Assembly (NCBI GenBank): GCA_951406725.2
Contig: OX597820.1
Coordinates: 92,442,001 to 92,506,000 of the forward strand
Direction: 5' to 3'
DNA from: Octopus vulgaris
Lineage: Eukaryota
DNA: 64,000 bases
Numbering within the stretch: the stretch's first letter is position 1; each line of letters starts with the position of its first letter. The notes beneath the pieces were generated by a model that saw only the letters and a list, made by a program, of their open reading frames with translations, did no database searches and had not been told where the DNA came from. Both the position numbers and the translations under genes were made by a program. Shown piece after piece: positions 1 to 15,652 of this stretch.

Positions 1-998
1 TTAACACTCAGTGGTTTTACACTTCTGTATATAACATGGACCTACTATTCATGAAGTGCTTCTTCATATATTGTTTTCTTTCGTGCCATGTTTATCACTG
101 AGAGTGTAGAGGTTCTTTTCATCTCCAACTCTGGAACATCCAACATACAGCTGACCATTTGAGAAGCAAGGTTGAACGAGATTAAGTGCCACCACCTTTA
201 GGCATTGACCTTGTTATTTGTTGATAGGCATTGGAAAGCTGAGTTTGACAGGAAACTGCAGTCTCTTGTCCTGAAAGGGAGATCATTTGAGATGAGAGGT
301 ATCCTTCGAATGAAGACATTCTCACCCATTATGTTACCATGATGCATAGAAGACTTGCTCATTGCTGCCTCTGTCAGAGTGGCGTCCCAGTGTGCATCAT
401 CTTCTAGAAGATCTGTGAGATGGCAAGCATTGTGATATGTTTGACATACAGTGTTATCAACCGTATGTAAGCCCGTAAAAGTTGTGGGTCCCTTGATATG
501 GTGTAAGAGAAGCCTTAGATAGTAGCACCCTGAGTAGCTGGAATGGACAACATGAACTCTACCAAGTGTGTATGAATTAATGGTTCTCGGATGATGTGTG
601 GGTGCTCCACATATATAATTCAATTGTTATTATTTTTATTGTTAAAGTGAAAGTATCTGACGTAAAATAGAGAAATGTTTTTTTTTCACTTTTAACACGT
701 AATACTGAAATAGTGGAGAAGATATGATATTACTATGGGCTAGCTCTAGGCAAGATGTTGAACTACATGGACCCTAAGTAAGGCATGTGTAAAATTTGAA
801 CGAAATTGGTTGTGTATTTCTCAAGTTTTAGGGAGTCGTAGTGGAGAAGATATGATATTGCTGTGGGCTCGCCCTATGCAAAAAGTTAAAAACAAATTTT
901 GCCGATGACACTCCCCGGACCCTAAGTAAGGCATGTGTAAAATTTGAATGAAATTGGTTGTGTAGTTCTCAAGTTTTAGGGAAACACACAGACAGACA

Positions 999-1047
<49 letters not shown>

Positions 1048-1070
1048 TCTCAGTTTTATATATATAAAGA
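1..1070 (-). mobile_element. Internally deleted Helitron (Rep/helicase relic plus non-coding 5' region)
   Basis: Minus strand encodes CYYLRLLLHHIKGPTTF...YHNACHLTDLLEDDAHWDATLTEA (Helitron RepHel linker). It is joined directly to PIF1-type C-terminal motifs (RIPLI...KRLQFPVKLSFPMPINK*QGQCLK...CFSNGQLYVGCSRV) with a stop and frameshift. A|TC 5' end at 1070; imperfect ~130-bp internal duplication at 712-980. Confidence 0.8.
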
Positions 1071-1073
1071 TAA

Positions 1074-1105
<32 letters not shown>

Positions 1106-2716
1106 TTATATAAATATATATATGTAAATATATATATACTTATATATATATTTATATTTATATTTATATATACATACATGCAGCACGGTGCTGATGTATG
1201 CAACCTGAGGCAGATAATATCTGTAGTAAAATTCGTTCTTAGGCGACAATTATATTCAAATCTAACAAGAGATCCTTAAGCAAGCATTAGTAGATAGCAC
1301 ATTCCTTAAGAATTAAGCAGAAAACGACATAGAGAAATGAAAGAAGAAATTCTTCCCACCGTGATGAATGAGATGAGCCACTCAAAAGTTTCCCAAACCA
1401 CACTTAATATTTACTATTAGACTCGAGTGAAAACTTGTTATAAATTTGATGAATAATATAAAGGTAGTGGGGTATTTAATGGAAAACATATATATTTTCA
1501 CAGAGCACATGTACGTATACACACATTTACATATTTTCAAGTATATATATATATATATATATGTATATATACGTGTGTCTGTGTATGTGTGTCTGAGTCT
1601 GAGTGCGTCTGTGTATATGTGTATGTGTGTCTACCTGTATGTGTGTGTGTGCGTGTGTGTGCATGTGTATGCGTGCGTGTATATGCGCGTGTAAAACGAA
1701 AATTTGCTTGCCTTTTATCAACGTCATATTTTCCGTTGAACCTTTGCCTTGTTTGGCACGGAGCTCCGGATGCGTGCATTCAAATCCGCTCTTTAAAAGA
1801 GTATGGCCTTTTGCTAAATATTGGAAACTTTTTGAAATGGCAGCAATAGTGGAACGCCGGACTAAGTAATGGTTATTCTGAAATCTTCGGAAGTACAATT
1901 GAATTTCTCTAGTTCAGTGCTCTTACGACATGAGATCAAGTGCTACTGTTTTCATTTTTGATTTTCTTTCCATCGCTGTCCGTAAAATATAGGCCGCTTC
2001 TCTTCCGGTGTCATTTTGTCTCTTATTTTACTGAAATCATTTGGAAATGCGATGAATATAAGGACATACCTAGTATGGCATACCTGAAAGTCAACAGTAC
2101 CGTTTACAGCCATAAATTATAGAAGAAAGAAAGGAGACGGTTTAATAAAACGCAATAATGTTTTTATTTATTGACAACGCGTAGATGGAAGCGAACGAAA
2201 ACACCAATATGAATTGAAAAAATAATCTCAAAGTAACGAATGTATTTCATTCTGGTGAGGCGACGAGAAGGCAGAATGCTTACCACACTGGTAAAAATGC
2301 TTACAAACATTTCTCCCGATTTTACGTTCTGAGTTCAAATGCTGCTGGAGTCAACTTGCACTTCTTCCTTTCGGATTGCGTAAAATAAGTAAGTATTGAT
2401 CGCTGGGGTCGATGTAATCGACTTACAAGCTCACACGAAAATGTTGGCCTTGTGGCAAAATATGAAACCAATATTTTATTCTGAGATTTACTCATTTCTT
2501 TAAATTAGCGACTAGGAGCTGCATGGGACATTTAAATCGCATTCTTTAGAAGTATATGTTTATCTGGCTGTATGATTCGTGTGCATATCCCTCGCATAAA
2601 CTCATACAGATAAGCAGGTTTGTGAATATATGTATATGTATTTATGCACTCACGCACACACACATATGTAGTAAATGACATAATCGGTTAGAATATGAGA
2701 ATAATATAAATACATT

Positions 2717-3135
2717 GGCACAGGAGTGGCTGTGTGGTAAGTAGCTTGCTTACCAACCACATGGTTCCAAGTTCATTCCCACTGCATGGCACCTTGGGCA
2801 AGTGTCTTCTACTATAGCCTCGGGCCGACCAAAGCCTTGTGAGTGGATTTGGTACACGGAAACTGAAAGAAGCCCGTCGTATATATGTGTATATATATGT
2901 ATGTGTGTGTGCTTATGTGTTTGTGTTTGTCTCCCCCAACGTTGCTTGACAACCGATGGTAGTGTGTTTATGTCCCCATAACTTAGCGTTTCGGCAAAAG
3001 AGACCGATAGAATAATTACTAGGCTTACAAAGAACAAGTCCTAGGGCCGATTTACTCGACTAAAGGCGGTTCTCCAGCATTGCTACAGTCTGTAACATGG
3101 CTACATACTGTAACAAGTAAAAGAGTAAAAGAGTA
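2717..3135 (+). mobile_element. tRNA-derived SINE, family A (internal TA/TG microsatellite)
   Basis: A-box-like TGGCTGTGTGG and B-box-like GTTCATTCC, CCTTGGGCAAG core-like motif, tail GGCGGTTCTCCAGCA...(AGTAAAAG)n. Homologous to 27634-28092 and 51992-52380. Confidence 0.8.
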
Positions 3136-4643
3136 AATAAAATTCGGGGGCCAGGAGATTATTCTGAAAGCTAATAAAATGTACATGAACATTTCGTTTA
3201 ACAGAAATCTCGTTGAATGCTTTATTATGTATCCACACTGCGTTAGTGTACAATGTGTGTTACGCTTTATGTCGTGTATATTTTATCATGTGTTCATTAT
3301 CCTTTATTATACACACACCACGAATGGAGCTATATCAAGATTTTCTAAACAAATGAAAAAAGGTGTGAAAGCATTTCAAATTCGACTACACCTTCCATTC
3401 AAACGTACATACTCAACAAATGTTTTTGACTTGAAATTAAATGTATTCATGGATCTTTCCAATTTACATGACGCAGATTACTGCCATATAATTTCATTTC
3501 AAATATACAATCACGAATAGCTGTTAATGTAATTTAACAAGTGTCGGAATTTAATTTGTGTATTTGCTCTTACATATCTGTTTATCTTAATAAGGAACAC
3601 CAGATATTCGAGTGGGAATGAAAGCAGGGACACACTCTGTCGATTACTAATTCAGTATGGTATTCGCTGTACCTGTTGTTTAAAAAGCAGGTGCTAGTCG
3701 TTTTTTTTTTTTTTTTTTACGTGTCAAACAAATCAAACACAAACAATATACCTTTATTTCCCTTGTATTTAATATATTATTTCTAAATTATTTTTTATAG
3801 GAAAATCCAAAAAGACAGATCCTTAGTAAATAAATAAAACGCATAAGAAGCTACGCCTATGCAAGAGTGAGCAGCAGAAAAAAAAAATAATTCCTCACTA
3901 AATGCAAATAAGTGAAGTGTGACGAGAACAGATTCAGAACAAACTAGCTGAAAAGCGACGAGCAATCAATACGCGTGCTAACAACTTTGCTACGATAAGA
4001 TTGGGTGTAACCGAGCGTCTCATATTTTCGTTTTTATTTTACTTAATTTTCTTTGTTTTATTTATTCACTTGCTGTTTTTGCTGCAACAGGGGCTTACTT
4101 AAGGAATACTTCTTATCTAAAATATATTTGAACGTTTTGATTAATCCATCATTTAGGTAGATTTAATCTATATTTCTTTTCAAACTTTTTATTTATTCAT
4201 TTAATTATTTATTTATTTATTAGACCTGTTCCTCCTTTCAAATCCGTCTCAGTGTCTGTGTGTGTTTAGAACACAGCAAAATGATGCATTTGTAAAAATG
4301 CATCGAAGCGCATACATTTCGCAGACTGAATGAATTCATGTTTGAGGATGTTTGTTTGTTCAGAATCTAACACTGGTTCATTACACGGATGTTTTTCTTT
4401 TTCAAGCCTCGCTGTGCCTGAATGTATCGTTTGATTTCGTCGAACATAAAGCTAACAGAAGCAGTGGCAGCATAACAACGAAAGCAAATATACGTGTCAT
4501 TGTACATTAGAGTAAACAGGCGAGATATTCAAAGCAATTTTGTCAATTTGTATAGAGAGGGCGTGATCTATCATTGAACAGATTTCCAAAAACGTTGATT
4601 TGTCGACTATGGTGATGATGAGGATGATAATCATGACAATGAA

Positions 4644-4691
<48 letters not shown>

Positions 4692-4938
4692 AACACCAAT
4701 AGTGATAATAAGAACATAAAAAAATAGCAACAACAAAACGTTAATAATAATAATAATAATAATGAGTAGAAAAAGAAAGAAAAAATAATTATTACATTAT
4801 AGAATGCGGAGTATGTATACATTGTGTATATATACTTGCTCAGTTGTGAATATGTATGTAAGAATATAGATGATATTGTATAAACACACAATCAAAGTCA
4901 CATGAGTAGGCATACACACACATTTACACATACATATA

Positions 4939-5210
<272 letters not shown>

Positions 5211-5578
5211 AGATGGCTGCGGCGGGTGATAACTGTGTATTTTTGTGTGTTTGAATATATTACACATTTTAATTTTATACTTCTATGAATTTTTATGTCG
5301 GCATATATATGTTTCTATGTATTTTTGAGCGAATAGGGGAAACAGAGTGTGCGTCTGCATCGAATTTTTCGTCTACAACACTATTGTATTTTATTGCATT
5401 ATCTGTCTTTGATCACTGTGTTACAAGCATCGGACATTGCCATAATAACAATCATGACGTTGGTGGAAGTGGTGATGATGATGACGATCATCATCATCTT
5501 CTTCATCACCATCATCATGATCATCATAACGATTGTGGTGGTGTTGTTAAAATTATTATTATGTTGATGATGATGATT

Positions 5579-5653
<75 letters not shown>

Positions 5654-5655
<2 letters not shown>

Positions 5656-7226
5656 GGCCGCAAGTATTGTTGTATCAGAAAATGTGGGTGTTGATGTCAA
5701 GAAACAGAAACATATTGGGAGTGACAAATGAAAAGATCCATGGTTGAAAAGAAGAATCCAGGCAGGGTTAGATATGCTCTCGAAGGAAATCTCTGTGTTA
5801 GACGGGAAAGAGAAAAGGGAGCTTGATTGAGAAAGTGTAGTGTGTTAGACTTGAAGAGAGGCAAAATCAAATGTATGGCCGGGCTAACGATACCGTCGAG
5901 GGAGGTTATGAAGCAGATAGGAGAGACTGGCCATATGTACTTGGGTATTTTGGAAATGGATACATTGATGGAGAAAGAAATGACAGAAAAATTTAAGCTG
6001 TAGTACTTACGCAAACTGAGACTGATCCTTATGTCGAAATTAAAGGGACGGAATAAGATCGAAGCTATCAACACCTGGGTGGTTTCACTCCTTAGATATG
6101 GATCAGGGGTAATCACAGGGACATTAGACGAACTAAATAGCTTAGACAGAATGACAAGGAAGTTGCTAAGTAGGTATGGGACACTCCACACACAAATTGA
6201 CACAGATAGACGTTATTTACCAAGAAAAAGACGGGGAAAAGGACTTATTGGTTGCGAACACAGTATTAGAGCAAACAATATAACATGGTATGTAAAATAT
6301 GCCACAGAACCTCTAATATTAGAAGTAAGAAGGTCAGGCCTGTGTAGGATGAAAGATTTCAAAGATAAACACTATACAAGAAATTGAAAACGAATGAAAC
6401 TGAAAATAGTTGGGTAAAGAAAAGAATGCGTGGTCAATTTCAGAGGGATGTTGAAGATAAGACAAAAGAGACAAAAGATGGCTGTGGATGACTAAAAGTG
6501 ATTTAAAACCAGAAACGGAGTCAGTAATCTGTGCTGCCAAAGAGCTAGTACTGAGAACAAATTACATGAAATACAGAATCGACAACACTTCAGAAAATGG
6601 TAAGTGCAGAATCTGTGAATAAAACGGTGAAACCGTATGGTATATTACCAGCCAATGTACGCCAGTAGCCCAGAAGAAATATAAGAGAGGCCACGACAAC
6701 ATAACAAGGCTTGTCCCTTGAACATTGCAACAAGTATGTACTTGATAGACCACAAACCTGAAGGCATCGCCGAAAATAGAAATGCATAGATCCTATGGGA
6801 TTTTATGATTCAGTGCAACCATGAGATAGAGAATAGGAAGTCGTAATTGAGAAAGAAAACAAACTATGCTGGATCATAGATGTAGCATGCCCAGCTGACA
6901 ACAATAGTGTATGCGATAAGGAACAAAGAAAAGCCGGGAGATATGACAGGTTAGCTTGGGAAGTTAAGCAGTGGTGCTAGATGAAAAAGGTAGCAGTAGT
7001 ACAAATAATTGGCGGAGTCTTGGGAACGGTGAGCAAAATATCTCGAGAAGTACGTGGAACAAATACGGGCTGCAATAAGTGTGGAGCACTTGCAGAAACC
7101 AGCCTCGCTTGGAACCGCTCCAATATTCCTGAAGGTGCTCGAAAAATAAGAGGTGTTACCTTAGTTCACTGGTAGTGAACAGCTGACACTGGAGTACATT
7201 TCCAGTGTTAGAAGCTGTGCAAAGGC
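5654..7226 (+). mobile_element. Decayed R4/Dong-like non-LTR retrotransposon (RLE type) within (TAA)n
   Basis: KLKGRNKIEAINTWVVSLLRYG thumb region, CRIC...C zinc knuckle, IDVACP..D..KEQRK restriction-like endonuclease motif. Many stops and frameshifts; (TAA)n on both sides; most of the RT core is deleted near 5820. Confidence 0.8.
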
Positions 7227-7285
<59 letters not shown>

Positions 7286-7487
7286 TAATATTAATAATAA
7301 TAATAATAATAATTATTATTATTATTATTATATTATTATTATCATAGTAATTATTATTGGATGACAGGATTATTTTTATTCCCAATACTATCATATTCAT
7401 GTTGATGTTGTTTTTATGGGATATGAACTCATCAATGTCATTACAACCATCCTCGCCACCACCATCTTCATTAATCTCAGCAGGCAC

Positions 7488-7522
<35 letters not shown>

Positions 7523-9493
7523 GCATCATCATCATCATCTCTATTATTCCAGTTTCCTCATCATCACCAGCACCTTACTTCTATTTTCTTTGTCTTTTAT
7601 TTGGTTATTATTTTGTACCCCACCCCACATGCCTGTCATTTAGTATCTTGAAATAGAAGAACATACGTTAGTTAAAATTATTATTTAAGTAAATAACTGG
7701 TGTGTTACTCCCTAAACACCCAAATCAAATGACTAACCATTCAGGCTTGAGCTACATTCGTTTTATTTCTCTCTCATAATCTCTGCCTGTTGGAGTCGGT
7801 ATTTACTTTTGTTTCATAGTGTTGCTCTTATTGTTGTATTTTCCCTTGTTTCATTCATGCAATTCCTGTTGTAATCCCTATTGTAGCCACAACAATTATA
7901 ATAGTTGAAATAATCACTATAGTATTGTTAACTTATTGTTATTCATATACTCGTTGTCAGGCTGGTGGTTTAGCAGAATAGATAGATAGACGGAAAAGGT
8001 TAATGTATTTCATTTTGGAATTTTATATTCGGAGTTTGAATCTTTCCGAGGTGGACTTTGGCAGTCATCATTCTACAGTTACTAACCTATACGCCAGTCA
8101 AGTACTGGAATCGGTTTAATCGATTATACTCAGCCCTAAAATGTGTAGGTTGGTGCCTCAATTTGAATTAATTATCAAACATCATAGATCATCTCTAGCA
8201 AAATTGCCTGCCAGTTATAAAGACAACCGCTCTACTTCAGTTATATAACGTTTTAGACAAGCAGCAGCTATTTTCTGGTGGGGTGGAAATGTGTACCGAG
8301 CTTTAGAAGAACTTTGGAATGAGAGGTTGATCGTTTCAAACTACGCTAAATTCGGTTAACTATTCATTGAAATGGAACAGCAGTCATTTCAGCAAGATTG
8401 CTTTTTTGAGAGTGTATGCTATTTTAGTGAGGGTCTACGATATTTTACTATTAGTGTTCACGGTAACCGAACTTACCAATTCCCAACGAACTTTGGATTT
8501 ACTATCATTATTGTTGCAGAACCTACGCGATACATCGGAATTCTGATATTACCCATAGAAATGGTTAACATAGTCTTTATCATGGTGAAAAATTGGCATC
8601 ATTTCGTAATTCTTCCTTATGTTCTGTGATCAAACCCTTCTCAGTTTGAGTAAAGTTTTTCTTTCAGCACTCGACTGTTGATAACAAGTATCGAGTATCG
8701 ACTTTATACAAACTAACAATATTGTATCAATGACAGAAACCTTATTGGTAACGCGAATAAATACACTGCAGAGCAGAATAAATATATACTCCAGTAAAAT
8801 ACCTCTTGGTTTTTAAGGGTTCTTTTCCTTTCCGTTCAGAGTTTAAATTACTTTCGAATTGATTTTTTCTCGTTTCGTCTTTCTGGTTTTTATGAAGTAT
8901 ATTAGTAACAGTCAACTATTTGGTCAAAGCCTGACCTCCATAACCGAACATCTTGGCTAAGTGCCAAACTTAGAAATAATTATTACAGTTATGCAAGTGT
9001 CATTGAAGTGTTAGAAAGGAAATGTCAACAATATTCTGCTTCGATTTTCCTAAAAATGAGGTCAAATCTCGTCCGAATTCTTTCATTCAGAGACTGATTA
9101 GGTGCATAAATAAACACTTATAATAGAATGTCTTTCAATCAAACTACTATACACAGTACTACAATATAGTGATTCGCACCGATGTTAGACATAATTGTTC
9201 AATGCTTTGTTAGAATAGCTCTAACAAAAGAAATGAAATGTTACAGTGTCAGACTAAATAACTAATAGTATTTAACTCCATCATCAGCTAGGTCAATATT
9301 AAGCCATTTATTATGTTTGTTAAAATAAATATCAGTGCTTTACTGGTGGGATTTTTTTTTAATACGATCGTTCTACAAATTGCATCTCAAAGTTTGAATA
9401 AGTGGATAAGCAAGTTTCATATGAATTGTCATGCGATATAAACCTACACATATTATAGACGCAAGTTTCTCTCTCTTTCTCTCACTCTCTCTT

Positions 9494-9525
<32 letters not shown>

Positions 9526-9628
9526 GCTAGCTCGCCCCGTGAAAATTTCATGGAAAATATCAAAAATGTAAGGATCTGTAACTTGTGTGCTGGTGTCATG
9601 AGAAATGTTTCAATAGTGTGACAGTTAA

Positions 9629-10045
9629 AGGCGGCGAGCTGGCAGAAATGTTAGCACCTCGGGCGAAATGCATAGCCGTATTTCGCCTGCCGTTACGTTC
9701 TGAGTTCAAATTCTGCCGAAGTCGACTTTGCTATTCATCCTTTCGAGGTCGAAAAATTAAGTACCAGTTACGCACTGGGGTCGATGTGATCGACTTAATC
9801 CGTTTGTCTGTCCTTGTTTGTCCCCTCTGTGTTTAGCCCCTTGTGGGTAGTAAAGAAATAGGTATTTCGTATGTCTTTACGTTCTGAGTTCAAACTCTGC
9901 CGAAGTCGACTTTGCCTTTCATCCTTTCAGGATCGATAAATTAAATACTAGTTGCATACTGGGGTTGATCTAACCAACTGGCCCTCTCCCCTCACCCTAC
10001 CCGCCGCACAAATTTCAGGACTTGTGTCTATAGTAGAAAAGTATA
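9629..10045 (+). mobile_element. Dimeric SINE, family B (Nin/Deu-like central domain)
   Basis: GGCGGCGAGCTGGCAGAA head, GAGTTCAAAT B box, TTCATCCTTTCG.GGTCGA.AAAT.AGTACCAG domain; a second partial unit follows with a different tail. Confidence 0.8.
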
Positions 10046-10212
10046 TTCCGACAGTTACAGAATATAGAAGGAAGTGTAAAACCGATAACTATGAAATCCA
10101 ACCAAAATATCCGTTACGCAAACGTAAACATAATTACTATTTAGCCTTAAAGTACATCGTACGTATTCAGAGAACCCTCTTGGTTCAGTGGTACGGAAAG
10201 TTTTTCTCGTAA

Positions 10213-10430
10213 TTTTTTATTCTTTTAGTTGCTTCAGTCATTTGACGATGGCCATGATGGAGCACCGGCCTTTATTCGGAGAAATTAACGCCTTGACTTA
10301 ATCCCTTTAAACATGGTGCTCATTCTATCAGTCTTTTCTGCTGAACAGCTAAGTTACAGGGACGCAAATGCACCAACATCGGTTGCCAAGCAATAGTGGT
10401 GGAGACAAACAGACACAGACACAAACATGC
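10213..10430 (-). mobile_element. SINE family A, 3' half
   Basis: Reverse-complement match to the family A 3' region and tail. Confidence 0.65.
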
Positions 10431-10448
10431 ACACGCATAAATATATAC

Positions 10449-10621
<173 letters not shown>

Positions 10622-11358
10622 ACGGACTTAGAGGTAGTGGTGACGCTGGCTGGTGCGATCTTGTGGCTTGCTGGTCTGCCGTGAGAGATCCAGCTCTGTT
10701 TCTCATATTTTCTAAGTACAGTTGCTTTTGCTCTTGACTCATGCTTTCTCGATTCTGTTGATCTATATCTCTCTTAATTTGAAAATACACTTCTCTTTCG
10801 TCCCGGCATATTTGTTCTACCCTTTACTGATTTCTTTCCCTCCTATGCCGTAGCATACACTCCTTCTCCTCTTTGCTTATTCCGTGCCATCTCTGACTGA
10901 TTCTCGCGCCATTTTGATTCCTTATAGCCACCCGCTGTTCCTCGCGCAACCGTTCTCTCACTCGCTGCGTCCTTCAAACTTGTTATTAAATCGATAAATC
11001 TCCAAAATGTCTCAAAGTGTTTCAATAAAAAACATATACGAACGTATTGGACAGATTTTGTTTAAAAGGAGAAAGTATTTCTGAAATACTCGCCTAATAT
11101 GCAAAGACAGTAAATAGGATACAGTAATTAATGATGTTGTAGGAAAGCAACAAGTAAACGGAAAAAAAATAGGATTAATATTTATGATTTTGTTCGACTC
11201 TTTAGTTTCTTTTAAAATGCTTTCGTCACTTGCTTGATACAAGAAAAAAGTAATTGGAAAAATCCTGACGAAAACAGAGGAATTGTAACTTATCAAAAAA
11301 CACACAAATAGAAAGTTACATTTATTTCCACCACGTGACACGTATTATCGCACACACA

Positions 11359-11413
<55 letters not shown>

Positions 11414-12129
11414 TCACAAGAAAAAAGAAACTGGAAAAATTTAGAAAGAGAAAGAAAAGATTGTATTCGAAAGCCAAAATATGCTTTTTTGCTGAAGTGT
11501 AATTTTATTATTAAAACAATTTCAAAATTTAAATTTCGGAACATAAGACTGTTATCTAGTGTATAGCCGAATTCAAATGGGTAGAATACCTAAAACAAAT
11601 GTGTGTGTGTGTCTGTGGTTGGGCTTTTAATAGCCAGGGGTCAATTTCAGTTCAATCGTAGAAAGGAATTCAAATACCTATCAACCACTCCTCGCTCTTT
11701 CTCTCTCACTTCCTCTCTCCCTTGCTTGACACACGCTTCAAATTTAAGTATCTTATCAGGTCATCCCATAAGATCCCGTAAGATCTGTCTTTTTATTTAG
11801 GCCACAAAATTTCTTTCAATACTTTCTTTTAAGCGCGACACACGCGTCAGATTTGCAGTAAAAACAAATAGGCGTATTAATATTATTAATGATATGTATA
11901 TATATAAACACAAGCACAATCTCCATGTATATATATACATATGTCTACATATATACATACATATATTTATATGTGTGTGTGTATATATATGTATATGTAT
12001 ATATATATTTGCATACGTATGTATATATACATGTGTGTGTCAACAACATGCACAAAGTTGCAAGGAAGCCAAAATGTAGTATGTAATCGCTTTTGAGAAA
12101 ATAAGCATGAAAATTTGACACAAATATAA

Positions 12130-13130
12130 ACACAATGTTTATCTTCTTTCTAAAAAGAAGCACACGCAAACAAGTTTTCCAATAAAGACAGGTAAAACAT
12201 TCGCGCCGAATATTTTCTTGGTAACAGTTTTAGTTTTGGAAATGGAATAGCGTTTCCTCTGGCTTTCAACATGCCAACATCTTGACATGAGTAAAGAAAG
12301 GCGCAGCCAACTAGAGTCCAACTAGTTTCAATGCAAGATCATTGGATTTCTTGACGGACATTTTGAAACTAAAGGACTATGAGACCCTTCTGAACTGTAA
12401 AGACATATAAATAGAAGTTATAGAAGGGCTCAGCAGGAATAGATCTCTTTGTCACATTCGAGCTATAATGTAGTGCCAATAGTTTTTCATTTATAGTTTC
12501 TTTTACTGCGCAAGCTGACAGGATGCAGTTTAGGATGACGCATGATAGATGTCCTACTTTAACAGTGACACAATCTAGTGGGCTGCTCCAAAGTTCCAGA
12601 TAATTAGAAAAGCTGTTAAGGTGTCGAACGACTGATTCGAATCTAGAACTTTGTAAATTTACATTTGGTAATAGTCTTAAACAGATAGCCGCTGTAAAAG
12701 ACATTTGTTAATAACTTAGAGGAAATATACCTTTTTTTCATGACTTTAGTAGTTTCCAGAATTTTTCAAATATAACTTTTTTCCATTCCTTAGCTGATGA
12801 TACTCACTGTTCACATATCAATTATTCTTTGTGCATTTTGACTTTTCATTTGTCTAATTGCAGTAATTGTTTGCAAATACTTCTGATAATGTGATTCCAT
12901 CTAAATAAGATCTCATGTTTTGGAGAAGTGAAGTTTTATGTCTCCAAGTATTGGATGTCTTCATGCATACCTTGAATTTGTTTTTTTTGTGTGCTTCTTA
13001 GATTACAAGCCCTACTTCAATAAAATCTCAACCCAAAGCTAAATTCGCTCCTATTATTTTATTATTTCTTTTGAAGTCATATAGCTTCCTGCTCAGCGCT
13101 TGAAATACTCTGTTATCACATATTATACAT
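12130..13130 (-). pseudogene. Possible highly decayed DNA-transposase fragment (hAT-like?)
   Basis: Weak FRWNH..ICKQLLQL and KEWKK peptide resemblance to the hAT RWNST region; many stops. Confidence 0.2.
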
Positions 13131-14587
13131 TTAGCCCAAACAATAATCTTGCATCGTCTTAGAATGTTGTTAATCCAGTCAATTGCTTTGTATAAGAACT
13201 AAATCAAACCAAGCACTGGAGTTGACATAATCAACTAAAATCCCTGGAAGGCAGCCTTGCAGTATGACCACAGTTCAAAGGTTTCAATAAATAAAAAAGA
13301 GCAAATGAAATTTCAGTTGCTGTATGTCTTGCCCAACATGTGGTTTGGTGGAAACATAAGAAATACTGCAACTTTTGTCGCAATTCTTTTTCAGTACTGA
13401 GTACGAAACCCTTTAAAACGTCAGTCACAATAAATACCATGCTTTAATTGGTTAATTTTATTTCCATTCTAATTTCAAATATATCCGAACAATAAGACCT
13501 ATTTCACCTCCACTGATGATTCTGCAGTCAATAAAATAAGTACCAGTCAAGTATTAGGGTCGATATAATAGACCTCACTCCTCCATCCATAATCCGTGGC
13601 CTTATTCTTATGTTAGAAATCATTATTTTTATTGTTTATTCAGTCGTAATCCCAGTCAAGTTGTCATGTGTTAATAACATTCTTATTCATAACATTCTTA
13701 ACAATTTCTTGTATCTATTGTTATAAGCACACAATTGCAACGATCAATATAATACTGATTGTTGTTTTTGTTACTACTGTTGTTTTCGCTATTTTCAATA
13801 GTACCTCAAATGTTTATAGTAGTGGTTGCTGCACTAGCGTTTATTTTTAAGATATTTATTCTGTTGATGTTATTACAGGGTTTCCTGCTACTCTCATACA
13901 CTCTTTCTCGTTATAACACATAACGGCAGACGTACTTTACAACTGATATCAGTTGTTTTCCTTGTTTCTGAAGCTTCTATTATTGTCATTGTCACACCAG
14001 TCACAGCAGCAGTAGTAACAGCAGTGATGTATTATTGTTGTTTTATTAGTCGAGTTGTTTTATTGGTCTATTTGACGTAATTGTTCTTGTTTGAGAGATT
14101 GTTGTTGTAATCAGTGTTGATAGGATAAATCTAAACATATTCGTTTGTTGTTGGTATTCACTGAAGACTGGGAAATTCCGAATCTTGTTAACTCTGTTGA
14201 TAGATTGAATTTATAAAAATCTGTGTGAAGTATATGTCAGAATAATATGTATTGGAAATCTTCATTGCTTCTTTCATTATGAATTCAATTTTCTGGTCAT
14301 GGTTATAAAAATCAATGTAGGAAAATATTCCATTGTATGTCTGACGATTCCATTTGGATATTTCACAGTCACACTGTAAAACTACTAGCTTGATGGTAAG
14401 CGTTATCATTCATTATTCCTATATGCTTTTACTGTTGCTATGACCTCTGATTTTCAAAAAAATATGCAGTAGTAATTTTGAAAGCAACTAACAGTTATTT
14501 TCCAAGAAGCATCCGTCTCTCACGTACCCTTTCCATCTCTCTCTCTCTCTCTCTCTCCCTCTGAATATACACACACACACACACACA

Positions 14588-14727
<140 letters not shown>

Positions 14728-14742
14728 GAGAGATAGAGAAAA

Positions 14743-14774
<32 letters not shown>

Positions 14775-14959
14775 CTTTCTATCATTTCGCCACCTCTGAT
14801 ATATTTTATATATTTTTCTCATAACAATTCGCTCAGTTGTTTCGCACCAAAACTGCCACATCTTGTGTGGATCTTTATTTTTGCTTCTGTTTAATATCCA
14901 ACACCCAAAAGCAAATCACCACCATCCAGTTAAAGTAACAGCACTAAATAGCTTTGCTT

Positions 14960-15400
14960 ATAATAGCTAGGTTTTAGAGGAGATAGCTGTGCCTATACCC
15001 TTCGTAGGCTCTTCTCGACCGGTGCGATCTAGGTAATTAATATTCCTTTGAAAACTTTTTGTGTCACATCTGCCGATTTCTGAGGGACGATGATCTTCAA
15101 AGAAAATACTAGGAGTAGAGATTACTACTCTCACCTCTTCTGTGATGACCACAAAACTAGTGAGAGCAGAAGGGTACAAAGAATTGGAAATGATTGAAAA
15201 GCGGTGCTATAAGCCGAACCAGTTTTGAGGTCTAGGAGCCATTATAGTAGCGGTGTAAAAAGCAAAGATAGGTGCCTGTAGGTCAGGGCGTGTCTATGAG
15301 CAACTTAAAGATAATTAGACGAATCTTTACTGGATGTAAACTGGGATGACTGCGGGCTGCAGAAGCGCCATACCAGATGTGAAATCGATATTTCACTATA
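14960..15400 (-). mobile_element. Decayed 3' fragment of a CR1/L2-group LINE
   Basis: Minus-strand peptides KYRFHIWYGA...IRLI...FLHRYYNGS...SFQRNINYL resemble LINE ORF2 C-termini. Confidence 0.45.
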
Positions 15401-15424
15401 GGTTTTGAGCATTAATCAATATAT

Positions 15425-15652
15425 GTTTTTACTACCCACAAGGGGTTAAACACAGAGGGGACAAACAAGGACAGACAAAGGGATTAAGTCGACTACATCG
15501 ACCCCAGTGCGTAACTGGTACTTAATTTATCGACCCCGAAAGGATGAAAGGCAAAGTCGACCTCGGCGGAATTTGAACTCGGAACGTAACGACAGACGAA
15601 ATACGGCTACGAATTTCGCCCGGCGTGTTAACGTTTCTACCAGCTCGCCGCC
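15425..15652 (-). mobile_element. SINE family B monomer with 13-bp TSD
   Basis: Full family B unit; TTAATCAATATAT at 15412-15424 and 15653-15665. Confidence 0.85.
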
